From IMG/VR virus record IMGVR_UViG_3300020045_003390, positions 15,312-79,311 of that record: 64,000 nucleotides of DNA; one strand, written 5' to 3'. A model generated the notes under the pieces. It worked only from the letters and a program-made list of their open reading frames with translations. It searched no databases and was not told the origin of the DNA. The DNA comes from a virus (lineage: Duplodnaviria; Caudoviricetes). Position 1 is the first letter of the stretch, and every line of letters begins with the position of its first letter. Position numbers and translations under genes: made by a program. Of the stretch, positions 38,826 through 50,192 are shown piece after piece.

Positions 38826-40967
38826 TTAGTGAATCTCCGAGTAACGCTTACCCACTTGGCTTTCACAACCCAACAATCTACGAAGTTTAAAGTCTTTATT
38901 CACTTTGTCAATAGAAGTCTTAACAATCTCTGTCACAACCTCAATGACTTTAGGGTCATCCTTGACTGTAATAATTTGTTCATCATGAAATCCCCCTGTT
39001 AAAGTTTTCCTACGCCAACGTCTTTGCATTTCTTCTAAGATGTTGTCCACCCACATATCAAAGAAAAAACTCCCAGTCCCTTGAGCTAATGTAGAGAACC
39101 TATCAGAGTCTTTACGCAAAGAGTAGCAGAATCCGTTTACAGGATTAACCAACCACTTAGCACCTCTTGAGTCTTCAATCACAATTTGCTCCTCAGCGAT
39201 AGCCTTTACGGACCAGTTAAGTTTCCAATATGCAGTGTGCAGAGTCTTACCCTCTTCCAGTGATACACCTGCAGCTTGGGCAATCTTTGGTGCCCCCGCG
39301 TTGTACACACTAGCATAATTTGTAGTCTTGCCCTTCTTTCGACTAGCTTTTGCGTTATCTGATTTAATCCCCTTCTTAAAGTCATCATACTCTTTCTGAG
39401 TAACCATTTTAGCGGTCAAGGCCATCAAAATATGCGGATCATAATCGTCTTCCTGCATTGTTTTCACGTATTCTGGGTCATGAGGCAACATCAGGTGATG
39501 CTTAACGCGGTCCTCAAGGCTGCTCATGTCTGAGCCTATGTGAACTTTACCCTCACCAGCAATCAAAACTCCACGGACAATCTTACCGTACATCTTGTCA
39601 ATCCCAGGCAGATTTACGATTTCGGCATGCCGAACCCTGAGCGTATTAGTCAGACCTCCAATACGAGCACGTAAGAACTTTCCGTCAACCAAATCCCGCT
39701 CAAAGCCCTTCAAAATACTGAGTCGGTGCTTTGCAACATTGAATGCAGCATAAGCTTCAATCTCAGGAACTTCTTCTGACAATCGTTCAACAGAAGGGCA
39801 CAACTCTTTTCCGCTTTCACCTGTAACCGTAATCTGTGGAATTGCCCTTTCTTTTGGCTTAGTGTCTTTCCAGTGAGTCCATGCAGAGTGATGAGAGCCT
39901 TCTTTTGGCTTCTTTGAAATCCACTTATTGAATGCCTCTTCGTCCTTCTCGAATTTAAAACTCTCTGGCTTCCAGCCTTTTGAGTACAGCAATGCTTTGA
40001 TCTGTTCTGAACTATTAGCGTTCGGCTCTTCATAAGACTTCAGGACTTTTAATTCATCTGGCTTATCACTCCTAGCTACAATCAAAGTACCAAACTCGTC
40101 CACTGCTTTTGTACGAAACTGCTCAATAACTTCTTCCCATGACTTACCCGAAGAAGACAACTCACCATTTTTCAAATAAGGTTTAGCTGGCTTATGTTTT
40201 GGTGAATACTTAGGAATCTTGGGCATCACAGCCTCAAGGGCACTCTTGGACTTCTCTACTTCTATTTCCAATTCTGCAATCGAAGTCTCAAGTAGTTCAA
40301 CATCAACCTCCCAACGAGTCTTTTCTTGAAGCCTTGCACAGTCAGCTTTGAACATCAAGAATGTCAAGATACGATCAATAGCATCATCTACGGACTCTTC
40401 CCGGAATTGGTCTAGATAAATCTCTTCATCTGGACTCACCCTCGTACCACCTACAGAACCATTTGCTACAAGAGGATTAGACTTGGAGTAAATGTCAATC
40501 AACCTTGCCTTCTGATCTTCCCAAAGTGCTTTGTTGATTTTAACGTCCTCTTGGCAACGGTACGTGTACTCTTCACGAGTTAGGTTTTGCCAGTCATCAA
40601 TCTTTGGCTTCGCAATACCGAAGTCTTCAAAGAAAGAATCCAAGCCATGTTTCATTCGGTTAAAGTACAAGTACCAAGACACATACAAAGAGTCAATCAA
40701 CATTACTTCTGATAAGTCAATTCCAAGTAATTTTTCAATCAGTGGAATGTCATAAGTAATGCCGTTGTGGATGACAATAGGAATACCGTTGTCAATGTGG
40801 TATTGGAAAAACTTCTGAATCCGTTGGTGATCTTCCCCTTGAATATCAAAAGTCTTTCCATCTTGAAGTTCACAACACAAGATGTGAATCAAGGTTGCTT
40901 CATCAAGTAGGGCATCAGCCTCCAAGTCAGCAACAGTAGCATTCTTCCAGTTTGTGATTTTCTTCAT
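38826..40967 (-). CDS. polA: Family A DNA polymerase with 3'-5' exonuclease
   Basis: ADLEAD ExoI; motif A DMSSLEDR; motif B RKKGKTTNYASVY (Tyr at the 762-equivalent position); motif C FHDE. Confidence 0.93.
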   Translation of the reverse strand: MKKITNWKNATVADLEADALLDEATLIHILCCELQDGKTFDIQGEDHQRIQKFFQYHIDNGIPIVIHNGITYDIPLIEKLLGIDLSEVMLIDSLYVSWYLYFNRMKHGLDSFFEDFGIAKPKIDDWQNLTREEYTYRCQEDVKINKALWEDQKARLIDIYSKSNPLVANGSVGGTRVSPDEEIYLDQFREESVDDAIDRILTFLMFKADCARLQEKTRWEVDVELLETSIAELEIEVEKSKSALEAVMPKIPKYSPKHKPAKPYLKNGELSSSGKSWEEVIEQFRTKAVDEFGTLIVARSDKPDELKVLKSYEEPNANSSEQIKALLYSKGWKPESFKFEKDEEAFNKWISKKPKEGSHHSAWTHWKDTKPKERAIPQITVTGESGKELCPSVERLSEEVPEIEAYAAFNVAKHRLSILKGFERDLVDGKFLRARIGGLTNTLRVRHAEIVNLPGIDKMYGKIVRGVLIAGEGKVHIGSDMSSLEDRVKHHLMLPHDPEYVKTMQEDDYDPHILMALTAKMVTQKEYDDFKKGIKSDNAKASRKKGKTTNYASVYNAGAPKIAQAAGVSLEEGKTLHTAYWKLNWSVKAIAEEQIVIEDSRGAKWLVNPVNGFCYSLRKDSDRFSTLAQGTGSFFFDMWVDNILEEMQRRWRRKTLTGGFHDEQIITVKDDPKVIEVVTEIVKTSIDKVNKDFKLRRLLGCESQVGKRYSEIH

Positions 40968-40979
40968 TGTTTCCTCTAT

Positions 40980-41531
40980 TTATTTTCCGTGGCGTTCAGT
41001 GTAGTCAGCACCTTCACTAACTAACTTAAGAATCATATCATCCCTGAGTTTTGAGGCCAGTTCAAACGCTTTCTCAGTGCCATATTTATTACAAGAAAAA
41101 CTTCTAAGTTTCAACTTCCCACACTTATCAACCCAACAAGCACACCATGCGTTGTGGTTTGCTGAGTACGAAACCCCGACTTTACCTGATGAGTTACGTT
41201 TGGTTATCCCCACATTCTTTGAGTTATCAGGTGCTGGCTTTAGCTTTAAGTTTGAAATGCGATTGTCAAACGGTATGCCATTAAGATGATCCACAATCAT
41301 ACCCTCTATAATTTTGGCATTAAACATTTCCCAAATTACTACATGAACTTGGTATCCACTCCCGTCGACTACTACCCGCCAGTAACTAGGTTTTCCTTTT
41401 CTCTTGTACTGACAGCCAACACGATCACCACTCCTGTGTAAAAACTGCCCCCAATTTCCCTTTTTAGAATTTTTCCAAATCAGACAAGATGGGGACGATT
41501 CGTCATAAATAAAATAATCACTCCAATTCAT
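40980..41531 (-). CDS. HNH endonuclease with AP2-like C-terminus
   Basis: VHVVIW...VDHLNG...NRISNL; NSSGKVGV...KYGTEKAFELA. Confidence 0.85.
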   Translation of the reverse strand: MNWSDYFIYDESSPSCLIWKNSKKGNWGQFLHRSGDRVGCQYKRKGKPSYWRVVVDGSGYQVHVVIWEMFNAKIIEGMIVDHLNGIPFDNRISNLKLKPAPDNSKNVGITKRNSSGKVGVSYSANHNAWCACWVDKCGKLKLRSFSCNKYGTEKAFELASKLRDDMILKLVSEGADYTERHGK

Positions 41532-41533
41532 TT

Positions 41534-43273
41534 TTAGACTTGTTTATTTAAATAATCTTCCAAATCCCACATTGTATGCGATTCATTGTCGTAGTAGTAC
41601 TTCCCGGCGATACCTGTCTTACCAGTCCACCTGATTTTAGTAGCTTTCATAATAGTTGTATTCCTTTCAATGTCGTCCTCAGATTCTTTATTTCTACTGA
41701 ACATTAAGTTACAAGCTGCACTTTTGTATAAATCTGAAGTGCCCATCATATCCTCTTCATGTAAATCAGCGCCTGCACTACCCGCTTTCTGACCATTTTG
41801 GGTCTTTCTGGTGTGTGCCACATTGTAGAACGTGCAAGAATGAGATTTTACCATACCTTTCTGCCAGTTCACAAACTTAATTTGCTCTTCTAGCGGTAGG
41901 CAGGACACGATGTCATGAACAGGGTCAAGAACAATGACCTTACACCCGCAAGCTACAATGAGATTTTCAATCGCCTCTTGCACCCCCACAACTTCACCTC
42001 CCCGATCATCCACTAGATAGAAGCGTGGCTCTCCGTTTTCAAGGTTAAAAAGTTCGTACTCCTTCTCCTTGATGTCCTCCCTTCCAAGAATAGCCAATGC
42101 ATCCGAGTTTTCTAACAACTCAAGTTTTTGACTGATATGTCGAGAGAGTAACTTAATACCATACTGACCCTTTGTACTCTCTAAAGTAACAACCCCAACC
42201 TTATGTGGAGAGTTAAAAAGCATATAGTAGATAATTTCGTCAACAATGGTCGATTTGCCAGTTCCACTGGCTGAACTCAAGTTCAGGATTCTTCCGAGGG
42301 GTACACCCCCTGCCATCATACCTTGCAGCTTATGCATAAATGGTGGCAGGGGGATTTTGGGGACCATGAACTCTTCCCGCATTGAATCAGAAATCTGGTT
42401 ACTACCAACTACGCCCACAGGCACATACGTCTTAGCATTGTAGAAATCACTGATAAAAGACTTTTGATCACCTTTTGTCAAATACTCGTTTGCATCCTTA
42501 TGCTTCATCTGCATGATCTTAATTTTGCCTTTTGGCATAACCTTCACAATGCTATCAATAGCTTTCTGTCCAGGCTCATCTCCGTCATATGAGATTATGA
42601 TTTGTTCAAACATGTCATAGAAAGCATAATTGTTTGCAATCTGCTTTGCTGACTGCGCACCAGTAGTTGCAGAAACAACTGCTACTTCATAATCACTTCC
42701 TCGTTTCTCATTATACTCCTTGAGCATCTGATACGCGGATAGGGCATCAATTTCCCCCTCCGTCAAAATAACGTACTTCCCGCCACGAGGAAAACGGAAC
42801 TGCATGAAGCATTCTGTAGTTGCTCCTGTACGACCAATACTCTTAAAGTCCTTTGGAACTTCACGTACCTTGTACCCTGTCAACTTCCCCTGTTGTGTGC
42901 AAGGGTAGTATTGTTCAATCACAGAGCCATCTTCCTCGGAGAAACTATGACGTACACCGAAGTAAGATGTAATACTGTCACTCAGCCCACGGTAGCCATT
43001 ACAACGTGTAGAAGTCTCATCCTTGATCTGCTGTGCTTTCTCTTCTGAGATAGCCTCTTTTTCTTTAACAGGTTTTCCTGTAGTTTCTTGTTGCATTACT
43101 TCCTTTCGTATTTTTGGTTTATTCTTTGTGTTGTGTTCTTCTTTGTACTCTTCACTAGGAATTGTGTATCCGCACCCTGCAACGAAGCAATGCACTGATC
43201 CATCATCATACTCAGCACAACCATCTGAGCTTCCGCATTTGGGGCAGCTTGTGTGTTTAACGAAGTTTGCTAT
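41534..43273 (-). CDS. Primase-helicase (Zn finger + TOPRIM + SF4 helicase), extended to ATA start
   Basis: CPKC...HC...C finger upstream of the ORF-track start; LTEGEIDAL, YDGDEPG, SGTGKST, VLDP, AHTRK. Confidence 0.9.
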   Translation of the reverse strand: MANFVKHTSCPKCGSSDGCAEYDDGSVHCFVAGCGYTIPSEEYKEEHNTKNKPKIRKEVMQQETTGKPVKEKEAISEEKAQQIKDETSTRCNGYRGLSDSITSYFGVRHSFSEEDGSVIEQYYPCTQQGKLTGYKVREVPKDFKSIGRTGATTECFMQFRFPRGGKYVILTEGEIDALSAYQMLKEYNEKRGSDYEVAVVSATTGAQSAKQIANNYAFYDMFEQIIISYDGDEPGQKAIDSIVKVMPKGKIKIMQMKHKDANEYLTKGDQKSFISDFYNAKTYVPVGVVGSNQISDSMREEFMVPKIPLPPFMHKLQGMMAGGVPLGRILNLSSASGTGKSTIVDEIIYYMLFNSPHKVGVVTLESTKGQYGIKLLSRHISQKLELLENSDALAILGREDIKEKEYELFNLENGEPRFYLVDDRGGEVVGVQEAIENLIVACGCKVIVLDPVHDIVSCLPLEEQIKFVNWQKGMVKSHSCTFYNVAHTRKTQNGQKAGSAGADLHEEDMMGTSDLYKSAACNLMFSRNKESEDDIERNTTIMKATKIRWTGKTGIAGKYYYDNESHTMWDLEDYLNKQV

Positions 43274-45018
43274 TTTAATCCCCCTTAACTCACATGCGGT
43301 GTAACATACATCAACAATTCAATATCATCCCGAATTAAAATCTCCGGTACTTCTTCATGAATATTAGAGATTTGATACCCAAGATCATAGTGGCTTTTCT
43401 TTTTCGCTGGAATCTCCACCCCAACAATCCAATAATCCCTATCAGAATCATACCAAGGACTTGCATAATCTAAATCATCGTTATCAAGCATTTCATCGAC
43501 TTCATCCAAAATATCTTCTGGAAGGTCTTTATACTTTACTCCGTATATCAACTTAGCTTCAATATCAATACTCATAATCTCCTCCTTTCAACCAACCCTG
43601 AATAGCCTCCGCTGCTTTCTCCAAATATTCTAGCCGTTCCTCTTCATCATCGAAGCAACCCTTCCAGTCATCATCAAAGCTACAAGGGTAAACTTCTTTA
43701 CCATAGACATCAGGACACTCTGCACGAAGTCTCCCGTGCCGCAAGCGAACGTAACCAACTTGAAATCGTTGGTCATCCTTCAATAAAACCACATCATACT
43801 GCTCAGGACAAGCTCCGCAAGTGCACAAAAACGAAAGGTTATCAAATACATAACCCGGCGCATTGTTTTCATATCCACTCTTATCATAAACCCTAAGATC
43901 AGTCATACTCAACCTCATTCTCCAGAACAGCCTTATAAGCAAAATACAGATATTCAATATCGGAATAATCCAAATTAAACACACGATCAGGTTGAACGGA
44001 AGTATAACTCTTACTTTTCACATAGTACCCATTTCCGTTATCCTTGAGAATCAGTAAGTCTTTTACATTAGAGCAATAACCTTCTTTCGCTTGGACTTTG
44101 ATCTTATTACCTTTGATTTTTACTTTGACTGTCATACAAGTCCTTTCCTAAACTCAATCTCATCAATAAACATATCCTTGATATGCTCAGGAATATGCCT
44201 CTGTGTTTCAATAATAGCTTGGATATGAGATGTCTCTAAATCCTTTAGAAGAACCCACTTACAAGGTTGATCTCCTTTAGGTCCGTAGGTTCCCCACCTG
44301 AATGCTTCCCGCTTCTTCTCGTGCAAGTCATCCGAATATACACAGAGATTCTCCCACTTAGCATCATCCCAACCAAGGCAGTCTGCACCACCCATACGAA
44401 TATAACCTTCTAGACCACCATCTATGAAATAGCCATATTCATCTTGCACGAAGTCATACCTATGTTTACTCTGCAAGATAGCACCCGATGGTGTACGCCA
44501 GATATTAGCGATTAGTTTAGGTTCTTGAGTATCTTCCATACTAATCGTGCATGAGACTAAAGAGAGCATTTAAAATTTGCACTAACTGGACTTGTTCCAC
44601 AGGATGAAGATCATGGTATTTCCGATGTACTCCAAATTTAGCAGAAGTTGCATCCCAGAACTTTTCTACTTCGCTGCGTGTATCTTGTTTATCTTCACTC
44701 ATTCTGATTCCCCTTTAATATCATCCCAAGTAAACTCCCCGAAGCCATCGTTGTAAATTTCAACCCAGTTGGCCCCCATGAAGTCACGACCAGCCATGCA
44801 CTGCTTAAGGCGGTAATGAAAATCTTCAAAAGTCTCAATGACGTTTTCACGATCATACCTGCACTTAGCAATGTACTTGCCATCAATAAAGTACAAGTGC
44901 AATTCTGATTTCATTCCAGTATTGAAATCAATATACCACTCACCCATGTGATCTGTGCAAATTGTAATAGGTACACCACAAAGTTCAATAAGTTTCAGTG
45001 GCATATTATGCAGGATAC

Positions 45019-45339
45019 TCATAATACCTCCTTTCGTTCCAAATATCTCCGTTTCAACTCCTCCTGAAAAGCAGGAGACACAACAAACTTCATTGTCATT
45101 CCAGCAGGAACTTCATAATCCTTGTCCGTAAGTCCTGAGTGCATCACCCTTGGCTTGCTGTATTTTGGACTGAACGTACCAAATCCTGTAAGAGACACCT
45201 GAGAACCTTCAAGCATCAGTTCTTCAATCGTCTTACGGAAGATATCCAAGAAGTCTTGGCACTCGTAGATAGTGTACATCTTATCGGATGTATTTGACAT
45301 AGCTTTTGCTAGGTCTTTTGGGAAGAGTTTGGTTGTCAT
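45019..45339 (-). CDS. HU/IHF-like DNA-binding protein
   Basis: VSLTGFGTFS....R......T.....VPA....KF. Confidence 0.85.
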   Translation of the reverse strand: MTTKLFPKDLAKAMSNTSDKMYTIYECQDFLDIFRKTIEELMLEGSQVSLTGFGTFSPKYSKPRVMHSGLTDKDYEVPAGMTMKFVVSPAFQEELKRRYLERKEVL

Positions 45340-45564
45340 TTAATAACAACATCCATTCCAAACAACACTAGATGGTCAGATTTGTCTTTTGATTCTTGGT
45401 ATCCAATATACTGCTTAAAATACTTATCAATTACATCAATCTCTTCCTTCGTCATTTCAATCTTATTTGGTACTTTACCAGTCAAGACCTCATAATCACA
45501 AGCAAGTTTGATTGCTGCATTTATCAACTTTTCAGCAGTAGGTTTTTCGTAGTAGACTTTCATT

Positions 45565-45978
45565 TTACTCCCAATTAATAATTTTCCAAGATTCAATCTT
45601 ATCGTTTGAATTTAGATTATCAAAGAACTTATCCTGAGCAATCTCAAAAGCATAAGCAGCTTCATCATAAAGACGGTCTGTATCATCAGTACCAACTTCG
45701 TCTGCAATCTGTTTGTACGTTGCAACTTCCTTTTCAGTTGTGCTGGTGTTGCTGACTGCTACATTGTTGCCAGATTGCAGTGCAAGGAGGGTACGCTCTT
45801 GACAAAATGAATGTGCTTTTCCAAGCAGGCTTGGGTTGAAGACATACGTACCATCCTGTTGAATAAAGTACTCGTCAGCTTCAATGACTGCATCAACAAC
45901 CCCACCTTGAAAAAGATCATGCGCAAAGCTACTTTTTCCTGAGCCTGGGGCACCCCTAATCAAATACAGTGTTTTCAA
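45565..45978 (-). CDS. P-loop kinase (AAA_33/PNK-like), apparently truncated or chimeric
   Basis: LIRGAPGSGKS, EADEYF, AH..CQ, VAVSNTST; C-terminus looks unrelated. Confidence 0.75.
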   Translation of the reverse strand: MKTLYLIRGAPGSGKSSFAHDLFQGGVVDAVIEADEYFIQQDGTYVFNPSLLGKAHSFCQERTLLALQSGNNVAVSNTSTTEKEVATYKQIADEVGTDDTDRLYDEAAYAFEIAQDKFFDNLNSNDKIESWKIINWE

Positions 45979-46009
45979 TCTCTACTCCTTTGGTTAAACT
46001 TCTCTCTGC

Positions 46010-46037
46010 ATTATAACAGCCTCTTTCTTGGAGTCAA
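46010..46037 (-). promoter_or_regulatory. sigma70-like promoter
   Basis: TTGACT-16 nt-TATAAT with TG extension. Confidence 0.65.
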
Positions 46038-49000
46038 GAACTTTCATTGATCTTTTTCTTCATGATGCTAAACTTAAGCGTAGTGATGTCATACCCACGA
46101 AGTTCAAGTTCCTTGATTAGACTTGGGTTCATCTTACTGAAAAGTGGTTTCGTATGCAAATCAGGTTGATCTGTTGCCATTGCACAATACAACAAAGTAC
46201 TATCCCTACGCATACTTGAATCACCTTGCCAAGCAAAAATGATATCGGGATTGTCATTAGGAAGTCTTCCCCAGTACACCCGAAGTTCTCCATCTTTAAG
46301 TTTTGGTTTACGAAGTCGTTTCATAATTACGTCCACATCGAAGAAAAGTACACCCCAAAAAGTCTATGTCCATTTTCCATGCGTTTGTCGTGTACTTGAT
46401 ACTTATCAAAATCATGGTTAGAAGCACCAAACCCATATTTCTCTTCCCAATCAGGATCAAAACTCCAGATCATTTCGTCTAGTGCCCACGACCAAGCTTC
46501 TTCGCTGTATGCGTCTGTAAAGTCCCCAAGTTTACCATAGGTGTCATGAAACTCTTCCGGTACATCTGCTTTGTCTACTGCTGGTGTTCCAGCTTTAGCC
46601 TCTTTGAGTTTAATCAACATTGGATGAATGATGTAACACAAAGTGCTATCCATAGAGAACAAATCATAGCCGTCAATCCTGACATTGATCTTACGTTTCC
46701 TCTTAGAATGAATCCATTCACAAGCTTTTGCAAATATAGATTCATCCCCATTCTTATCCTTGGCTAACCACTTACCAAAGTTGTATACGCTTTCATCTTC
46801 ATCTGTGTCTCGCCAGAATAGAATCTTTTTAGCGATTTGAAAAGGCCCAGTCCATGATGGGTAATCACCAATATGTACTTTCATTTATTTCTCCACTTCA
46901 ATCACACCATCAGAGAATCGCTTAGACCGATCAATCTCCTCTTCATTCTCTAATTCATTTGCCCAAATCTCAATAAAATCTTCACCGAAATTTTCACAAG
47001 CAATATCAAGCGCGGCGTCTGCATTCTCTGCTTGAATCATATATACCTTATTTGCTACTACAGTTACCTCAAAATACTTCATAAAACCTCCCATGATTGG
47101 TTGTTTATCTATTAGGCTACCAACACCCTTACCTCATGCATTTACAAGCCCCGTAGGGGTTATAAAGTGCCCTATTAAGCCTTTGCTATAATCTTATGCT
47201 TCAGCCTGTGCTGCAAAGCAGCTAGCTTCTTCAAATAAGCCTTCACTTCTCGATGTTCTTTGAAAAGAAGATGACGAAGAGTATCCTTAACTTCATACGT
47301 AAGTGCTTCTTCCTTGATTTCCTTTCGGACTTGATCTGCTGCTTTGATATGTTTTGAAACGATGTGAGTAAGTATCTGTAAGTCACGTTGTGTAAGGCTT
47401 TCACTGTGCTTGTAAGACAAAGATAGAAAATTAGGCCAATCACTCACTGCAAAAACAGGTGGTGCAAACTGCCCACCAGAGCCTTTAAAAATAAACAAAG
47501 CATCACGAAAGATATTACGAATAAATCCAAACATTAGGTTCTCCTTTAGGTTAAGTTCAATCAATTTTCTTCTGAATAACGTTCGCTGCTAATATGCAGT
47601 GTTTGTAGCAATGACTACAGCGGAGTATACACCATCTGCGATGCTACCACAAGCAACTAAGATTGCAGCACTCAGAATAGCTAAGGCTGCAATGATGAAC
47701 TTACGTGAAAGCAGATGTGAGTAGTCTTTAATAACTTCAAGTTCTTGAGATTCCATTACAATTCCTTTACTTATTTAATAGATTTTCTGGTGAGACTTCG
47801 TAGATTGCACTGATATCATCTTTAATCCAGTGGTAGTTATCCCTACTTTCATCAACTACAGAAAGCATATCATGTGTTTCTTCTGTTACAACACATGCCA
47901 TCAACAGGTTCAATGATTCACTCTCCACAACAACCCTCTTCCCAACCAACGTAGAAACAAAAGGTCGAGTAACTGCAGCTTCAATTTTTGGTTCTGAGAA
48001 GAAAAGTGCTCGTGGTCCTTTTGTTTCAAACTTACCATCAAGTGTATAGTAATTAAAGTCCCCATGGTCATAAGCAACTCGAACAGGGTAAACTTCATCT
48101 TCACTTTCAATAAGACTTACCTTGCCTTTCCCGTGGTAAATATCCCAAACAACATCCCCAACCTGAAACTCATCTTGCTTCTCAGTCACGATAAAAGATT
48201 TCTCCCAGTCTTCTTGGGTTACAGATTTAATAGTGTCATTGCTGTTTTTCATCTCTCCTCCTTGTTTAATAAAGCCTAGTGAAATTGGATACCATCCGTA
48301 GTATTTACTACCATCCTTATCTTCTTCAACAACGCGTAATGAATCGGAGTCATTGTTTACGTCAATCACTTCAAGAAATTCTTCCCATTCTTTCAACTTC
48401 ACAAAATCACCGATTTTAAATTGCATTCTTTTTTCCTTAAAAGCCTAAGAAATCACAAGACACACATCATAATTCCCACAGGGATTTGCGTCAAGGATTT
48501 TCTTCAAATCCTCTTCAGCATCTTCCGGTGTTGCGTAAGAATTACGAGTGTCGCATTGCTTACCTGTGTAAGTGCAATGAGCACTGTAACTTACGTGACA
48601 TCCTACTTTAGGATCGTCATAAAAGTACGTCTCCCAAGCACCATCTGCTGCGTGTTTTACGATAATATAACTCATTGTGATTCCTTAAAACAGTTTATGA
48701 AAATCTTTTTGGTAAACCCAAGAAATACCCCCGAAAGCCTCTTTGACTTCTTTCTTGGTGCAGTAAGTCTTACCTGTGCGGGTGTCCCATTGGCTACCTA
48801 CATAGCCGAATGTGGTACACCCCTCTTTAACACCGATAGTTGGTCCACTAGGATCATAGTCTACCACGAACTCTCCTGTCAAGATTCCGTTACCATCATA
48901 AATAATAGCACCTTCACTCTGTGCTTGCTTGATCTTATCAACAAGGCTTAGAGCATACAAGAATGCTTCATACGAAGTCTTGTTGTGGAACCAGTCTGGT

Positions 49001-49650
49001 TGTACTTGATTGTTCATTCTTCCTCCAAGAGTTTTGTCAAAGCATTACGAAGTTCATATGCCGCTGAACGTTCCATGAATACACCTTGTCTTTTCAATGT
49101 GTTCGTAAACCACAATTGCACTGGTTCACCCGACTCTTCATTGTATGTCAAATGAAACTGGCACTTCACTTGGTTACGGGGTTCTGCTTGCCCAGCAGAG
49201 AGTTTCTCATGCATTTTCATAATTAACTCCTTCTTTAAAACAAAGCTTTCCATTTCTGGTTATTCATCAAGTCTACCAACTCTTCCGTGTTAGCAGCCTT
49301 CTTCAGTATAGCACCAGCTTGGTTAGCTATCTTTTGCTCATCAGGTTGCATTCTAACAAAGGGGTTATGGGCAGCAAGATTGCGTGAAGCGTCTAGGGCT
49401 TGTTGTAGGGTCATGCTTGTTCCTTGCTTCCTTCAACTTCATCACAAACTTTCAAGATGGCTTTTGCCAAGAGTCGCATGAACTCCACAGGCATGTCAAG
49501 ACGAAGATCACCAAAGTAATCCTTGTCTTTTACACCTTTTGTAAAGATAACTACACCCTCTCCAGGAAAGTCTGCGGATTCAGCAACAGTGATTACATTG
49601 TGATCTTCACCGACTTGGTAAGAAGGGGATGAGTAGAAGTTGCGAGTCAT
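46034..49650 (-). CDS. Run of about 10 hypothetical genes (including 46327-46884, 47175-47534, 47767-48426, 48685-49017, 49411-49650)
   Basis: Contiguous ORFs with RBSs; no function recognised. Confidence 0.6.
47557..47756 (-). pseudogene. Small two-TM membrane protein with a 1-nt frameshift
   Basis: SRKFIIAALAIL...ADGVYSAVVIATNTAY then TAG; shifted frame continues (L)AANVIQKKID*. Confidence 0.5.
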
Positions 49651-49684
49651 GGTAAGTCCTTTCAGTTGGTTTGTTGATTGATAT

Positions 49685-49718
49685 TTGCAAGGCGACGGCA
49701 GAATGCCTAGCCGTCTTT
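49685..49718 (-). promoter_or_regulatory. Leader hairpin element, copy 1
   Basis: AAAGACGGC-N10-GCCGTC-GCCTTGCAA. Confidence 0.75.
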
Positions 49719-49720
49719 GC

Positions 49721-49749
49721 AGTGTAACACACCTTTTCATGGTCGTCAA
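49721..49749 (-). promoter_or_regulatory. Leftward sigma70 promoter of the replication arm
   Basis: TTGACG-17 nt-TACACT with TG extension. Confidence 0.75.
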
Positions 49750-49761
49750 CAAAAATTTTAC

Positions 49762-49791
49762 TTGCTTGATTTGTTGCGTTTATGCTATGAT
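49762..49791 (+). promoter_or_regulatory. Rightward sigma70-like promoter
   Basis: TTGCTT-18 nt-TATGAT with TG extension. Confidence 0.6.
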
Positions 49792-49816
49792 AGCACTTTT
49801 AAAGAAAGGAGGTCAA

Positions 49817-50155
49817 GTGAAACACAACGAACAACAATGGCTCAAGCTTCCGCTTGGCCTTCTGCAACACAAAGAACTTAGTTTAAGCGCAAAAGTGATC
49901 TATGTCTACATGCTCTGGAGATTTCAGTTCTTCACCAAAGTACAGAAAGCATCATACTTTGAGGCACAAGAGACAATTGCTGATGCAACAGGTGTAAGCC
50001 GCAAGACAGTCAATGAAAGCATTCAACAACTTTCAAAGCTAGGTTTTGTATCTTACAAAAAGACTAAGCGAAGCAGTGTCTACGAAGTCAAAGATGTGTT
50101 TCATATTTACAACAACAAAAAGGGGGTACACATGGAATCAGAAGAACCCTTCTAG
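49817..50155 (+). CDS. Winged HTH protein (replication-initiator N-terminal / HTH_36-like)
   Basis: AAGGAGG + GTG; LSLSAKVIYVYM...AQETIADATGVSRKTVNESIQQLSKLGFV. Confidence 0.8.
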   Translation: MKHNEQQWLKLPLGLLQHKELSLSAKVIYVYMLWRFQFFTKVQKASYFEAQETIADATGVSRKTVNESIQQLSKLGFVSYKKTKRSSVYEVKDVFHIYNNKKGVHMESEEPF

Positions 50156-50159
50156 TTGT

Positions 50160-50192
50160 AAAGACGGCACCAGCGGGGCTGTCGCCTTGTAA
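50160..50192 (+). promoter_or_regulatory. Leader hairpin element, copy 2
   Basis: AAAGACGGC-N9-GCTGTC-GCCTTGTAA. Confidence 0.75.

Noticed and set aside
23423-40967. Complete 2-aminoadenine (dZ) genome pathway
   Set aside because: No adenylosuccinate-synthetase-like purZ ORF in the window; the hydrolase families present are common without it. Kept only as an open question.
25479-43273. Introns or inteins in RNR, PolA or helicase
   Set aside because: All are continuous ORFs of normal size; the adjacent HNH genes are free-standing.
44575-44700. Possible third tRNA in the apparent gap
   Set aside because: No cloverleaf; the gap is filled by a 53-aa minus-strand ORF below the track cutoff.
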